Below are positions 1 through 12,245 of a stretch of 64,000 nt of DNA, one piece after another. How positions within the stretch are numbered: the first letter of the stretch is position 1; the number at the start of each line of letters is the position of its first letter. This stretch comes from the human T2T-CHM13v2.0 reference genome, Homo sapiens. Under the pieces are notes generated by a model, which worked only from the letters and a program-made list of their open reading frames with translations, had not been told where the DNA came from and did no database searches. The stretch is from assembly GCF_009914755.1 (NCBI RefSeq), contig NC_060933.1, one strand, 5' to 3'. Made by a program: the position numbers and the translations under genes.

Positions 1-699
1 AATGGAATGGAATGTACTGGAGAGTAAGGGAGTTGAATAGAATCAATCCGAATGTAATGGAATGGAATGGAACGGAATGGAATGCGATGGAATGATATCA
101 ACCCGAATACAATGGAATGGAATGGAATGGAATGGAATGGAATGGAATGGAATGGAATGGAGTGGAATTGAATGGAATGGAATGGCTTCAAACCGAATGG
201 AAGGGAAAGAAATGAAATCAACACGATTGGAATGGAATGGAATGGAATGGAATGGAATGGAATGGAAGGGTACGGAATAGAATGGAATTGAACGAAATGG
301 AATGGAATGGAATGGAATGGAATGGAATGGAATGGAATCAACTCGATTGTAATGGAATGGAATGGAATGGAATGGAATGGAATGGAATGGAATTAACCCG
401 AATACAATGGAATGGAATGGAATGCAAAGGAATGGAGTGGAATGGAATGGAATCAACCCGAGTGCAGGGGAATGCTATGGAATGGAATGCAATGGAATGG
501 AGTCATCCGAAATGGAATGGAATGGAATGGAATGCAAAGCAATGGAATCAACTCGATTGCAATGGAATGGAATGGAATGGAAAGGAATACATTGGAATCA
601 ACCCGAGTGGAATGGAATGGAAAGGACTGGAATGGAGTGGAATGGAATGGAATGGAATGGAATGGAATCAACTCGACTGGAATTGAATGGAATGGAATG

Positions 700-1500
700 G
701 AATGGAATGGAATGGAATTAACCCGAATAGAATGGAATGGAATGGAATGGAACGGAACGGAACGGAATGGAATGGAATGGAATGGAATGGAATGGAATCA
801 ACCCGAGTGCAGGGGAATGGAATGGAATGGAATGCAATGGAATCAACCCGAGTACAGGGGAATGGAATGGAATGGAATGCAATGGAATAGAATCATCCGT
901 AATGGAATGGAAAGGAATGGAATGGAATGGAATGGAATGGAATGGAATGGAATGGAATCAACTCAATTGCAATCGAATGGAATGGAATGGAATTAACGGG
1001 AATAGAATGGAATGGAATGGAATGGAATGGAACGGAATGGAATGGAATGGAATGGAATGGAATGGAACGGAAAGGAATGGAATGGAATGGAATGGAATGG
1101 AATGGAATGGAATGGAATGGAATTAACCCGAATAGAATGGAATGGAATGGAATGGAACGGAACGGAACGGAACGGAATGGAATGGAATGGAATGGAATGG
1201 AATGGAATGGAATCAACCCGACTGCAGGGGAATGGAATGGAATGGAATGCAATGGAATCAACCCGAGTACAGGGGAATGGAATGGAATGGAATGCAATGG
1301 AATAGAATCATCCCTAATGGAATGCAAAGGAATGGAATGGAACGGAATGGAATGGAATGGAATGGAATGGAATGGAATGGAATCAACTCGATTGCAATCG
1401 AATGGAATGGAATGGAATTAACGCGAATAGAATGGAATGGAATGGAATGGAAAGGAATGGAACGGAACGGAATGGAATGGAATGGAATGGAATAGAATGG
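700..1500 (+). repeat. ~415-bp local tandem duplication
   Basis: The same unusual module order (CAACCCGA(G/C)TGCAGGGG - CAACCCGAGTACAGGGG - ATAGAATCATCC - CAACTC(A/G)ATTGCAATCG - TTAAC) begins at 799 and at 1214, an offset of 415. Confidence 0.75.
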
Positions 1501-3439
1501 AATGGAATGCAATGGATTCAACTCGATTGCAATGGAATGGAATAGAATGGAATAGAATGGAATGGAAAGGAATGGAACGGAACGGAATGGAATGGAATGG
1601 AATGGAATAGAATGGAATGGAATGGAATGGAACGGAACGGAACGGAACGCAATGGAATGGAATGGAATGGAATTGTATGGAATGGAATGGAATGGTACGG
1701 AATTGAATGGAATGGAAAGAATTGGAATTGAATGGAATCGAATGGAATGGTATGGAATGGAATGGAATGGAATGGAATCAACCCGAGTGCAGGGGAATGT
1801 AATGGATCGGAATGCAATGGAATGGAATCATCCGGAATTGAATGGAATGGAATGGAATGGAATGGAATCAATCCCAGTGCAACGGAATGGAGTGGAATGG
1901 AATGGAATGGAATGGAACAACAGGAATGCAATGGAATGTAATGGAGAGTAAGGGAGTTGAATAGAATCAACCCGAAAGTAATGGAATGGAATGGAACGGA
2001 ATGGAATGGAATGGAATGCAATGGAATGGAATCAACCCGAGTACAATGGAATGGAATGGAATGGAATGGAATGGAATGGAATGGAATGGAATGGAATGGA
2101 ATGGAATCAACCCGAGTGCAATGGAATAGAGAGGAATGGAATGGAAAGGAATGGAAACTACCCGAATGGAATGGAATGTAATGGAGTGTAAGGGAATTGA
2201 ATAGAATCAATCCGAATGGAATGGAATGGTATGGAACGGAATGTAATGGAATGGAATGGAATGGAATCAACCCGAGTGCAGGGGAAAGGAATTGAATGGA
2301 ATGCAATGGAATGGAATGGAATGGAATGGAATGGAATGGAATCAACTCGATTGCAATCGAATGGAATAGAATGGAATTAACCCGAATAGAATGGAATGGA
2401 ATGGAATGGAACGGAACGGAATGGAATGGAATGGAATGGAATGGAATGGAAAGGAATGGAATGGAATGGAATGGAATGGAATGGTATGGAATGGAATGGA
2501 ATCAACGCGAGTGCAGGGGAATGGAATGGAATCGAATTTAATGGAATGGAATGGAATGGAATCAACCCGAGAGCAGGGGAATGTAATGGAACTGAATGCA
2601 ATGGAATGGAATCATCCGGAATGGAATGGAATGGAATGGAATGGAATCAACCCGAGTGCAATGGAATGGAGTGGAATGGAATGGAATGGAATGGAACAAC
2701 CCGAATGGAATGGAATGTAATGGAGAGTAAGGGAGTTGAAAAGAATCAATCCGAATGTAATGGAATGGAATGGAACGGAATGGAATGGAATGGAATGGAA
2801 TGCAATGGAATGGAATCATGCCGAGTGCATTCGAATGGAATCGAATGGAATGCAATGCAATGGAATGGATTCAACTTGAATGGAATGGAAAGAATGGAAT
2901 CAACACGAGAGAAATGGCATGGATTGGAATGGAATGGAATGGAATCAACCCGAGTACAGGGGAATGTAATGGAATGCAATGCAATGGAATGGAAGCATCC
3001 GTAATGGAATGGAAATGAATGGAATGGAAAGGAATGGAATGGAATGGAATGGAATGGAATGGAACGGAATCAACTCGATTGCAATCGAATGGAATGGAAT
3101 GGAATTAACCCGAATAGAATGGAATGGAATGGAATGGAACGGAACGGAATGGAATGGAATGGAATGGAATGGAATGGAATGGAATGGAACCGAACGGAAC
3201 GGAATGGAATGGAATGGAATGGAATGGAATGGAATGGAATGGAATCAACACGAGTGCAGGGGAATGGAATGGAATGGAATGCAATGGAATGGAATCTTCT
3301 GGAATGGAATGGAATGGAATGGAATGCAATGGATTCAACTCGATTGCAATGGAATGGAATAGAATGGAATGGAATGGAATGGAATGGAATGGAATGGAAT
3401 GGAATTAACCCGAATAGAATGGAATGGAATGGAACGGAA

Positions 3440-6400
3440 TGGAACGGAACGGAATGGAATGGAATGGAATGGAATGGAATGGAATGCAATGGAATGGTAT
3501 GGAATGGAATGGAATGGAATGGAATCAACGCGAGTGCAGGGGAATGTAATGGAACGGAATGCAATGGAATGGAATCATCCGGAATGAAATGGAATTGAAT
3601 GGAAACAACCCGAGTGCAATGGAATGGAGTGGAATGGAATGGAATGGAATGGAACAACCCGAATGGAATGGAATGTACTGGAGAGTAAGGGAGTTGAATA
3701 GAATCAATCCGAATGTAATGGAATGGAATGGAACGGAATGGAATGCGATGGAATGGTATCAACCCGAATACAATGGAATGGAATGGAATGGAATGGAATG
3801 GAATGGAATGGAATGGAATGGAATGGAATGGAGTGGAATTGAATGGAATGGAATGGCTTCAAACCGAATGGAAGGGAAAGAAATGAAATCAACACGATTG
3901 GAATGGAATGGAATGGAATGGAATGGAATGGAAGGGTACGGAATAGAATGGAATTGAAAGAAATGGAATGGAATGGAATGGAATGGAATGGAATGGAATG
4001 GATTCAACTCGAAAGGAATCAACTCGATTTCAAAGGAATGGAATGGAATGGAAAGGAATAGAATGGAATCAACCCGAGTGGCATGGAATGGAAAGGACTG
4101 GAATGGAGTGGAATGGAATGGAATGGAATGGAATCAAATCGATTGGAATGGAATGGAATGGAATGGAATGGAATCAACTCGATTGCAATGGAATGGAATG
4201 GAATGGAATTTTAATGGAATGGAATGGAATGGATTCAACCCGAGTGCAGGGGAATGGAATGGAATGGAATGCAATGGAATGGAATCATCCGGAATGGAAT
4301 GGAATTGAATGGAATGGAATGGAATCAACTCGATTTCAATGGAATGGAATGGAATAGAATGGAATAGAATTAACACGAATAGAATGGAATGGAATTGAAT
4401 GGAATGGAATGGAACGGAAAGGAATGGAATGGAATGGAATGGAATCAACGCAAGTGCAGGGGAATGGAATGGAATGGAATTCAATGGAATGGAATCATCC
4501 GGAATGGAATGGAATGGAATGGAATGGAATGGAATGGAATCAACCCGAGTGCAATGGAATGGAGAGGAATGGAATGGAATGGAATGGAAACTACCCGAAT
4601 GGAAGGGAATGTAATGGAGTGTAAGGGAATTGAATAGAATCAATCCGAAAGTAATGGAATGGAACGGAACGGAATGGAATGCAATGGAATGGAATCAACC
4701 CGAGTGCAATCGAATGGAATCGAATGGAATGGAATGCCATAGAATGGATTCAACTTCAATGGAATGGAAAGAATGGAATCAACACGAGTGGAATGGCATG
4801 GAATGGAATGGAATGGATTGAAATCAACCCGAGTACAGGGGAATGGAATGGAATGGAATGCAATGGAATGGAATAATCCGTAATGTAATGGAAAGGAATG
4901 GAATGGAATGGAATGGAATGGAATGGAATGGAATGGAATGGAATCAACTCGATTGTAATGGATTGGAATGGAATGGAATGGAATGGATTGGAATGGAATG
5001 GAATTAACCCGAATACAATGGAATGGAATGGAATGGAACGGAATGGAGTGGAATGGAATGGAATCAACCCGAGTGCAGGGGAATGGAATGGAATGGAATG
5101 CAATGGAATGGAATCATCCGGAATGGAATGGAATGGAATGGAATGCAAAGCAATGGAATCAACTCGATTGCAATGGAATGTAATGGAATGGAAAGGAATA
5201 CAATGGAATCAACCCGAGTGGAATGGAATGGAAAGGACTGGAATGGAGTGGAATGGAATGGAATGGAATGGAAGGGAATCAACTCGATTGGAATGGAATG
5301 GAATGGAATGGAATGGAATGGAATGGAATTAACCCGAATAGAATGGAATGGAATGGAACGGAACGGTACGGAACGGAATGGAATGGAATAGAATGGAATG
5401 GAATAGAATGGAATCAACCCGACTGCAGGGGAATGGAATGGAATGGAATGCAATGTAATGGATTCAACTTGAATGGAATGGAAAGAATGGAATCAACACG
5501 ATTGGAATGGCATGGATTGCAATGGAATGGAATGGAATCAACCCGAGTACAGGGGAATGGAATGGAATGGAATGCAATGGAATGGAACCATCCGTAATGG
5601 AATGGAAACGAATGGAATGGAATGGAATGGAACGGAATGGAATGGAATGGAATGGAATCAACCCGATTGCAATCGAATGGAATGGAATGGAAATAACCCG
5701 AATAGAATGGAATGGAATGGAATGGAACGGAGCGGAACGGAACGGAATGGAATGGAATGGAATGGAATGGAACGGAATGGAACGGAAAGGAATGGAATGG
5801 AATGGAATGGAATGGAATGGAATGCAATGGAATGGTATGGAATGGAATGGAATGGAATGGAATCAACGCGAGTGCAGGGGAATGTAATGGAACGGAATGC
5901 AATGGAATGGAATCATCCGGAATGAAATGGAATTGAATGGAAAGAACCCGAGTGCAATGGAATGGAGTGGAATGGAATGGAATGGAATGGAACAACCCGA
6001 ATGGAATGGAATGTAATGGAGAGTAAGGGAGTTGAATAGAATCAATCCGAATGTAATGGAATGGAATGGAACGGAATGGAATGCGATGGAATGGTATCAA
6101 CCCGAATACAATGGAATGGAATGGAATGGAATGGAATGGAATGGAATGGAGTGGAATTGAATGGAATGGAATGGCTTCAAACCGAATGGAAGGGAAAGAA
6201 ATGAAATCAACACGATTGGAATGGAATGGAATGGAATGGAATGGAATGGAATGGAATGGTACGGAATAGAATGGAATTGAACGAAATGGAATGCAATGGA
6301 ATGGAATGGAATGGAATGGAATGGATTCAACTCGAAAGGAATCAACTCGATTTCAAAGGAATGGAATGGAATGGAAAGGAATAGAATGGAATCAACCCGA

Positions 6401-8080
6401 GTGGCATGGAATGGAAAGGACTGGAATGGAGTGGAATGGAATGGAATGGAATGGAATCAAATCGATTGGAATGGAATGGAATGGAATGGAATGGAATCAA
6501 CTCGATTGCAATGGAATGGAATGGAATGGAATTTTAATGGAATGGAATGGAATGGATTCAACCCGAGTGCAGGGGAATGGAATGGAATGGAATGCAATGG
6601 AATGGAATCATCCGGAATGGAATGGAATTGAATGGAATGGAATGGAATCAACTCGATTTCAATGGAATGGAATGGAATAGAATGGAATGGAATTAACACG
6701 AATAGAATGGAATGGAATTGAATGGAATGGAATGGAACGGAAAGGAATGGAATGGAATGGAATGGAATCAACCCAAGTGCAGGGGAATGGAATGGAATGG
6801 AATTCAATGGAATGGAATCATCCGGAATGGAATGGAATGGAATGGAATGGAATGGAATGGAATCAACCCGAGTGCAATGGAATGGAGAGGAATGGAATGG
6901 AATGGAATGGAAACTACCCGAATGGAAGGGAATGTAATGGAGTGTAAGGGAATTGAATAGAATCAATCCGAAAGTAATGGAATGGAACGGAACGGAATGG
7001 AATGCAATGGAATGGAATCAACCCGAGTGCAATCGAATGGAATCGAATGGAATGGAATGCAATGGAATGGATTAAACTTCAATGGAATGGAAAGAATGGA
7101 ATCAACACGAGTGGAATGGCATGGAATGGAATGGAATGGATTGAAATCAACCCGAGTACAGGGGAATGGAATGGAATGGAATGCAATGGAATGGAATAAT
7201 CCGTAATGTAATGGAAAGGAATGGAATGGAATGGAATGGAATGGAATGGAATGGAATGGAATCAACTCGATTGTAATGGATTGGAATGGAATGGAATGGA
7301 ATGGAATGGAATGGAATGGAATGGAATTAACCCGAATACAATGGAATGGAATGGAATGGAACGGAATGGAGTGGAATGGAATGGAATCAACCCGAGTGCA
7401 GGGGAATGGAATGGAATGGAATGCAATGGAATGGAATCATCCGGAATGGAATGGAATGGAATGGAATGCAAAGCAATGGAATCAACTCGATTGCAATGGA
7501 ATGTAATGGAATGGAAAGGAATACAATGGAATCAACCCGAGTGGAATGGAATGGAAAGGACTGGAATGGAGTGGAATGGAATGGAATGGAATGGAAGGGA
7601 ATCAACTCGATTGGAATGGAATGGAATGGAATGGAATGGAATGGAATTAACCCGAATAGAATGGAATGGAATGGAACGGAACGGAACGGAACGGAATGGA
7701 ATGGAATAGAATGGAATGGAATAGAATGGAATCAACCCGACTGCAGGGGAATGGAATGGAATGGAATGCAATGTAATGGATTCAACTTGAATGGAATGGA
7801 AAGAATGGAATCAACACGATTGGAATGGCATGGATTGGAATGGAATGGAATGGAATCAACCCGAGTACAGGGGAATGGAATGGAATGGAATGCAATGGAA
7901 TGGAACCATCCGTAATGGAATGGAAACGAATGGAATGGAATGGAATGGAACGGAATGGAATGGAATGGAATGGAATCAACTCGATTTCAATCGAATGGAA
8001 TGGAATGGAAATAACCCGAATAGAATGTAATGGAATGGAATGGAACGGAGCGGAACGGAACGGAATGGAATGGAATGGAA
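3440..8080 (+). repeat. Nested ~2.32 kb tandem duplication (units A and B) inside copy 1
   Basis: GGCTTCAAACCG occurs at 3855 and 6173, and GGAATTTTAAT at 4205 and 6528. ORF pairs 3968/6291 and 4134/6457 give an offset of 2323. Confidence 0.9.
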
Positions 8081-11000
8081 TGGAATGGAATGGAATGGAA
8101 TGGAATGGAATGCAATGGAATGGAATGGAATGGAATGAAATGCAATGGATTCAACTCGATTGAAATGGAATGGAATAGAATGGAATGGAATGGAATGGAA
8201 TGGAATTAACCCGAATAGAATGGAATGGAATGGAATGGAATGGAACGGAATGGAACGGAATGGAATGGAATGGAATGGAATGGAATGGTATGGAATGGAA
8301 TGGAATGGTACGGAATAGAATGGAATGGAAGGAATTGTAATGGAATGGAATTGAATGGAATGGAATGGAATGGAATGGAAAGGAATCAACGCGAGTGCAT
8401 GGCAATGTAATGGAACGGAATGCAATGGAATGGAAACATCCGGAATGGAATGGAATGGAATGGAATGGAATGGAATCAACCCGAGTGCAATGGAATGGAG
8501 TGGAATGGAATGGAATGCAATGGAACAACCCGAATGGAATGGAATGTAATGGAGAGTAAGGGAGTTGAATAGAAACAATCCGAATGTAATGGAATGGAAC
8601 GGAATGGAATGGAATGGAATGGAATGGAATGCAATGGAATGGAATGCAATGGAATGGAATCAACCCGAGTTCAATCGAATGGAATCGAATGGAATGGAAT
8701 GCAATAGAATGGATTCAACTTGAATGGAATGGAAAGAATGGAATCAACACGAGTGGAATGGCATGGATTGGAATGGAATGGAATGGAATCAACCCGAGTA
8801 CAGGGGAATGGAATGGAATGGAATGCAATGGAATGGAATAATCCGTAATGGAATGGAAAGGAATGGAATGGAATGGAATGGAATGGAATGGAATCAACTC
8901 GATTGCAATCGAATGGAATGGAATGGAATTAACCCGAATAGAATGGAATGGAATGGAATGGAACGGAACGGAACGGAATGGAATGGAATGGAATGGAACG
9001 GAACGGAAAGTAATGGAATGGAATGGAATGGAATGGCATGGAATCAACGCGAGTGCAGGGGAATGGAATGGAGTGGAATGGAATGGAATGGAATGGAATG
9101 GAATGGAATGGAATCAACCCGTGTCCAGGGGAATGTAATGGAACGGAATGCAAGGGAATGGAATCATCCGGAATGGAATGGAATGGAATGGAATCAACCC
9201 GAGTGCAATGGAATGGAGTGGAATGCAATGGAATGGAATGGAACAACCCACATGGAATGGAAAGTAATGGAGAGTAAGGGAGTTGAAAAGAATCAATCCG
9301 AAGGGAATGGAATGGAATGGAACGGAATGGAAGGGAATGGAATGGAATGGAATGGAATGGAATGGAATGGAATCAACCCGAGTACAATGGAATGGAATGG
9401 AATGGAATGGAATGGAATGGAATGGAATGGAATCAACCCGAGTGTAATGGAATGGAGAGGAATGGAATGGAATGGAATGGAAACTACCCGAATGGAATGG
9501 AATGGAATGGAGTGTAAGGGAATTGAATAAAATCAATCCGAATGTAATGGAATGCAATGGAACGGAGTGGAAAGGAATGGAATGGAATGGAATGGAATGC
9601 AATGGAATGGAATCAACCCGAGTGCAATGGAATGGAATCGAATGGAATGGAATGCAATGGAATGGATTCAATTTGAATGGAATGGAAAGAATGGAATCAA
9701 CACGAGTGGAATGGAATGGATTGGAATGGAATGGAATGGAATCAACCCGAGTACAGGGGAATGGAATGGAATGGAATGCAATGGAATGGAATCATCCGTA
9801 ATGGAATGGAAAGGAATGGAATGGAATGGAATGGAATGGAATGGAATCAACTCGATTGCAATCGAATGAAATGGAATGGAATTAACCCAAATAGAATGGA
9901 ATGGAATGGAATGGAACGGAACGGAACGGAATGGAATGGAATGGAATGGAATGGAATGGAACGGAAAGGAATGGAATGGAAAGGAATGGAATGGAATGGA
10001 ATGGAATGGAATCAACGCGAGTGCAGGGGAATGGAATGGAATGGAATGGAATGGAATGGAATGGAATGGAATCAACCCGAGTGCAGGGGAATGTAATGGA
10101 ACGGAATGCAATGGAATGGAATCATCCGGAATGGAATGGAATGGAATGGAATGGAATCAACCCCAGTGCAATCGAATGGAGTGGAATGAAATGGAATGGA
10201 ACGGAACAACCCGAATGGACTGGAATGTAATGGAGAGTAAGGGAGTTGAAAAGAATCAATCCGAAAGTTATGGAATGCAATGGAACGGAATGGAATGGAA
10301 TGGAATGGAATGGAATGGAATGGAATCAACCCGAGTGCAATGGAATGGAGAGGAATGGAATGGAATGGAATGGAAACTACCCGAATGGAATGGAATGTGA
10401 TGGAGTGTAAGGGAATTGAATAGAATAAATCCGAATGTAATGGAATGGAATGGAACGGAATGGAATGGAATGGAATGGAATGGAATGGAATGGAATGCAA
10501 TGGAATGGAATAAACCCGAGTGCAATGTAATGGAATGGAATGGAATGGAATGCAATGCAATGAATTCAACTTGAATGGAATGGAAAGAATGGAATCAACA
10601 CGAGTGGAATGGCATGGAATGGAATGGAATGGAATGGAATCAACCCGAGTACAGGGGAATGGAATGGAATGGAATGCAATGGAAAGGAATCATTCGTAAT
10701 GTAATGGAACGGAATGGAATGGAATGGAATGGAATGGAATGGAATGGAATGGAATGGAATCAACTCGATTGCATTCGAATGGAATGGAATGGAATTAACC
10801 CGAATAGAATGGAATGGAATGGAATGGAACGGAATGGAACGGAACGGAATGGAATGGAATGGAATGGAACGGAACGGAATGGAATGGAATGGAATGGAAT
10901 GGAACTGAAAAGAATAAACGCGAGTGCAGGGGAATGGAATGGAATGGAATGGAATGGAATGGAATGGAAGGCAATGGATTCAACTCGATTGCAATGGAAT

Positions 11001-11799
11001 GGAATAGAATGGAATGGAATGGAATGGAACGGAATTAACCAGAATAGAATGGAATGGAATGGAATGGAACGGAACGGAATGGAACGGAACGGAATGGAAT
11101 GGACTGGAATGGAATGGAATGGAATCAACTCGATTGCATTCTAATGGAATGGAATGGAATTAACCCGAATAGAATGGAATGGAATGGAATGGAACGGAAC
11201 GGAACGGAACGGAATTGAATGGAATGGAATGGAATGGAATGGAATGGAATGGAATTGTATGGAATGGAATGGAATGGTACGGAATAGAATGGAATGGAAA
11301 GAATTGGAATGGAATGGAAACGAATGGAATGGATTGGAATGGAATGGAATGGAATCAACCCGAGTGTAGGGGAATGTAATGGAACGGAATGCAATGGAAT
11401 GGAATCATCCGGAATGGAATGGAATGGATTGGAATGGATGGAATGGAATGGAAAGGAATGGAATCAACCCGAGTACAGGGGAATGGATTGGAATGGAATG
11501 CAATGGAATGGAGTCATCCGTAATGGAATGGAAAGGAATGGAATGGAATGCAATGGAATGGAATGGAATGGAATGGAATGGAATCAACTCGATTGCAATC
11601 GAATGGAATGGAATGGAATTAACCCGAATAGAATGGAATGGAATGGAATGGAATGGAACGGAAAGGAACGGAACGGAATGGAATGGAATGGAATGGAATG
11701 GAACGGAAAGGAATGGAATGGAATGGAATGGAATGGAATGGAATGGAATGGAATCAACGCGAGTGCAGGGGAATGGAATGGAATGCAATGCAATGGAAT

Positions 11800-11814
11800 G
11801 GAATCTTCCGGAAT
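11800..11814. promoter_or_regulatory. Perfect heat-shock element GGAAT-CTTCC-GGAAT (representative of ~35 copies)
   Basis: It matches the canonical HSF1 site nGAAn-nTTCn-nGAAn exactly. The sequence match is direct, but occupancy cannot be shown from sequence. Confidence 0.6.
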
Positions 11815-12245
11815 GGAATGGAATGGAATGGAATCAACCCGAGTGCAATGGAATGGAGTGGAATGGAATGGAATGGAATGGAACAACCCGAATGGAATGG
11901 AATGTAATGGAGAGTAAGGGAGTTGAAAAGAATCAATCTGAATGTAATGGAATGGAACGGAATGGAATGGAATGGAATGGAATGGAATGGAATGGAATGC
12001 AATGCAATGGAATGGAATCAACCCGAGTGCAATCGAATGGAATCGAATGGAATGTAATGCAATGGAATGGATTCAACTTGAATGGAATGGAAAGAATGGA
12101 ATCAACACGATTGGAATGGCATGGATTGGAATGGAATGGAATGGAATCAACCCGAGTAAAGGGGAATGGAATGGAATGAAATGCAATGGAATGGAATCAT
12201 CCGTAATGGAATGGAAAGGAATGAAATGGAATGGAATGTAATGGA

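Larger units (their letters stand above)
1190..12245 (+). repeat. ~10.9-11.0 kb tandem duplication, copy 1
   Basis: Rare variants recur collinearly ~10.85-11.06 kb downstream: CATCCCTAAT, CATGCCGAGTGCATTCG, CACGAGAGAAAT, GTGTCCAGGGG and CTGAAAAGAATAAACG. ORF pairs agree: 1562/12616, 2396/13445, 5473/16363, 8614/19504, 10575/21500 and 11294/22219. Confidence 0.93.

Noticed and set aside
18-60. GGAGAGTAAGGGAGTTGAATAGAATCAATCCG as a possible inserted element or splice donor (AG/GTAAG-like)
   Set aside because: It stays in pentamer register, recurs as part of the standard cycle, and has no target-site duplication. There is no polypyrimidine acceptor on this strand to support splicing.
716-732. 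TTAACCCGAATAG as a DUX4 site
   Set aside because: It does not match TAAYYYAATCA: the spacing and 3' half differ.
805-862. G-quadruplex potential from AGGGG motifs
   Set aside because: The G4 runs are isolated and at least 45 bp apart. GG-only repeats give at best weak two-tier structures that cannot be supported from sequence.
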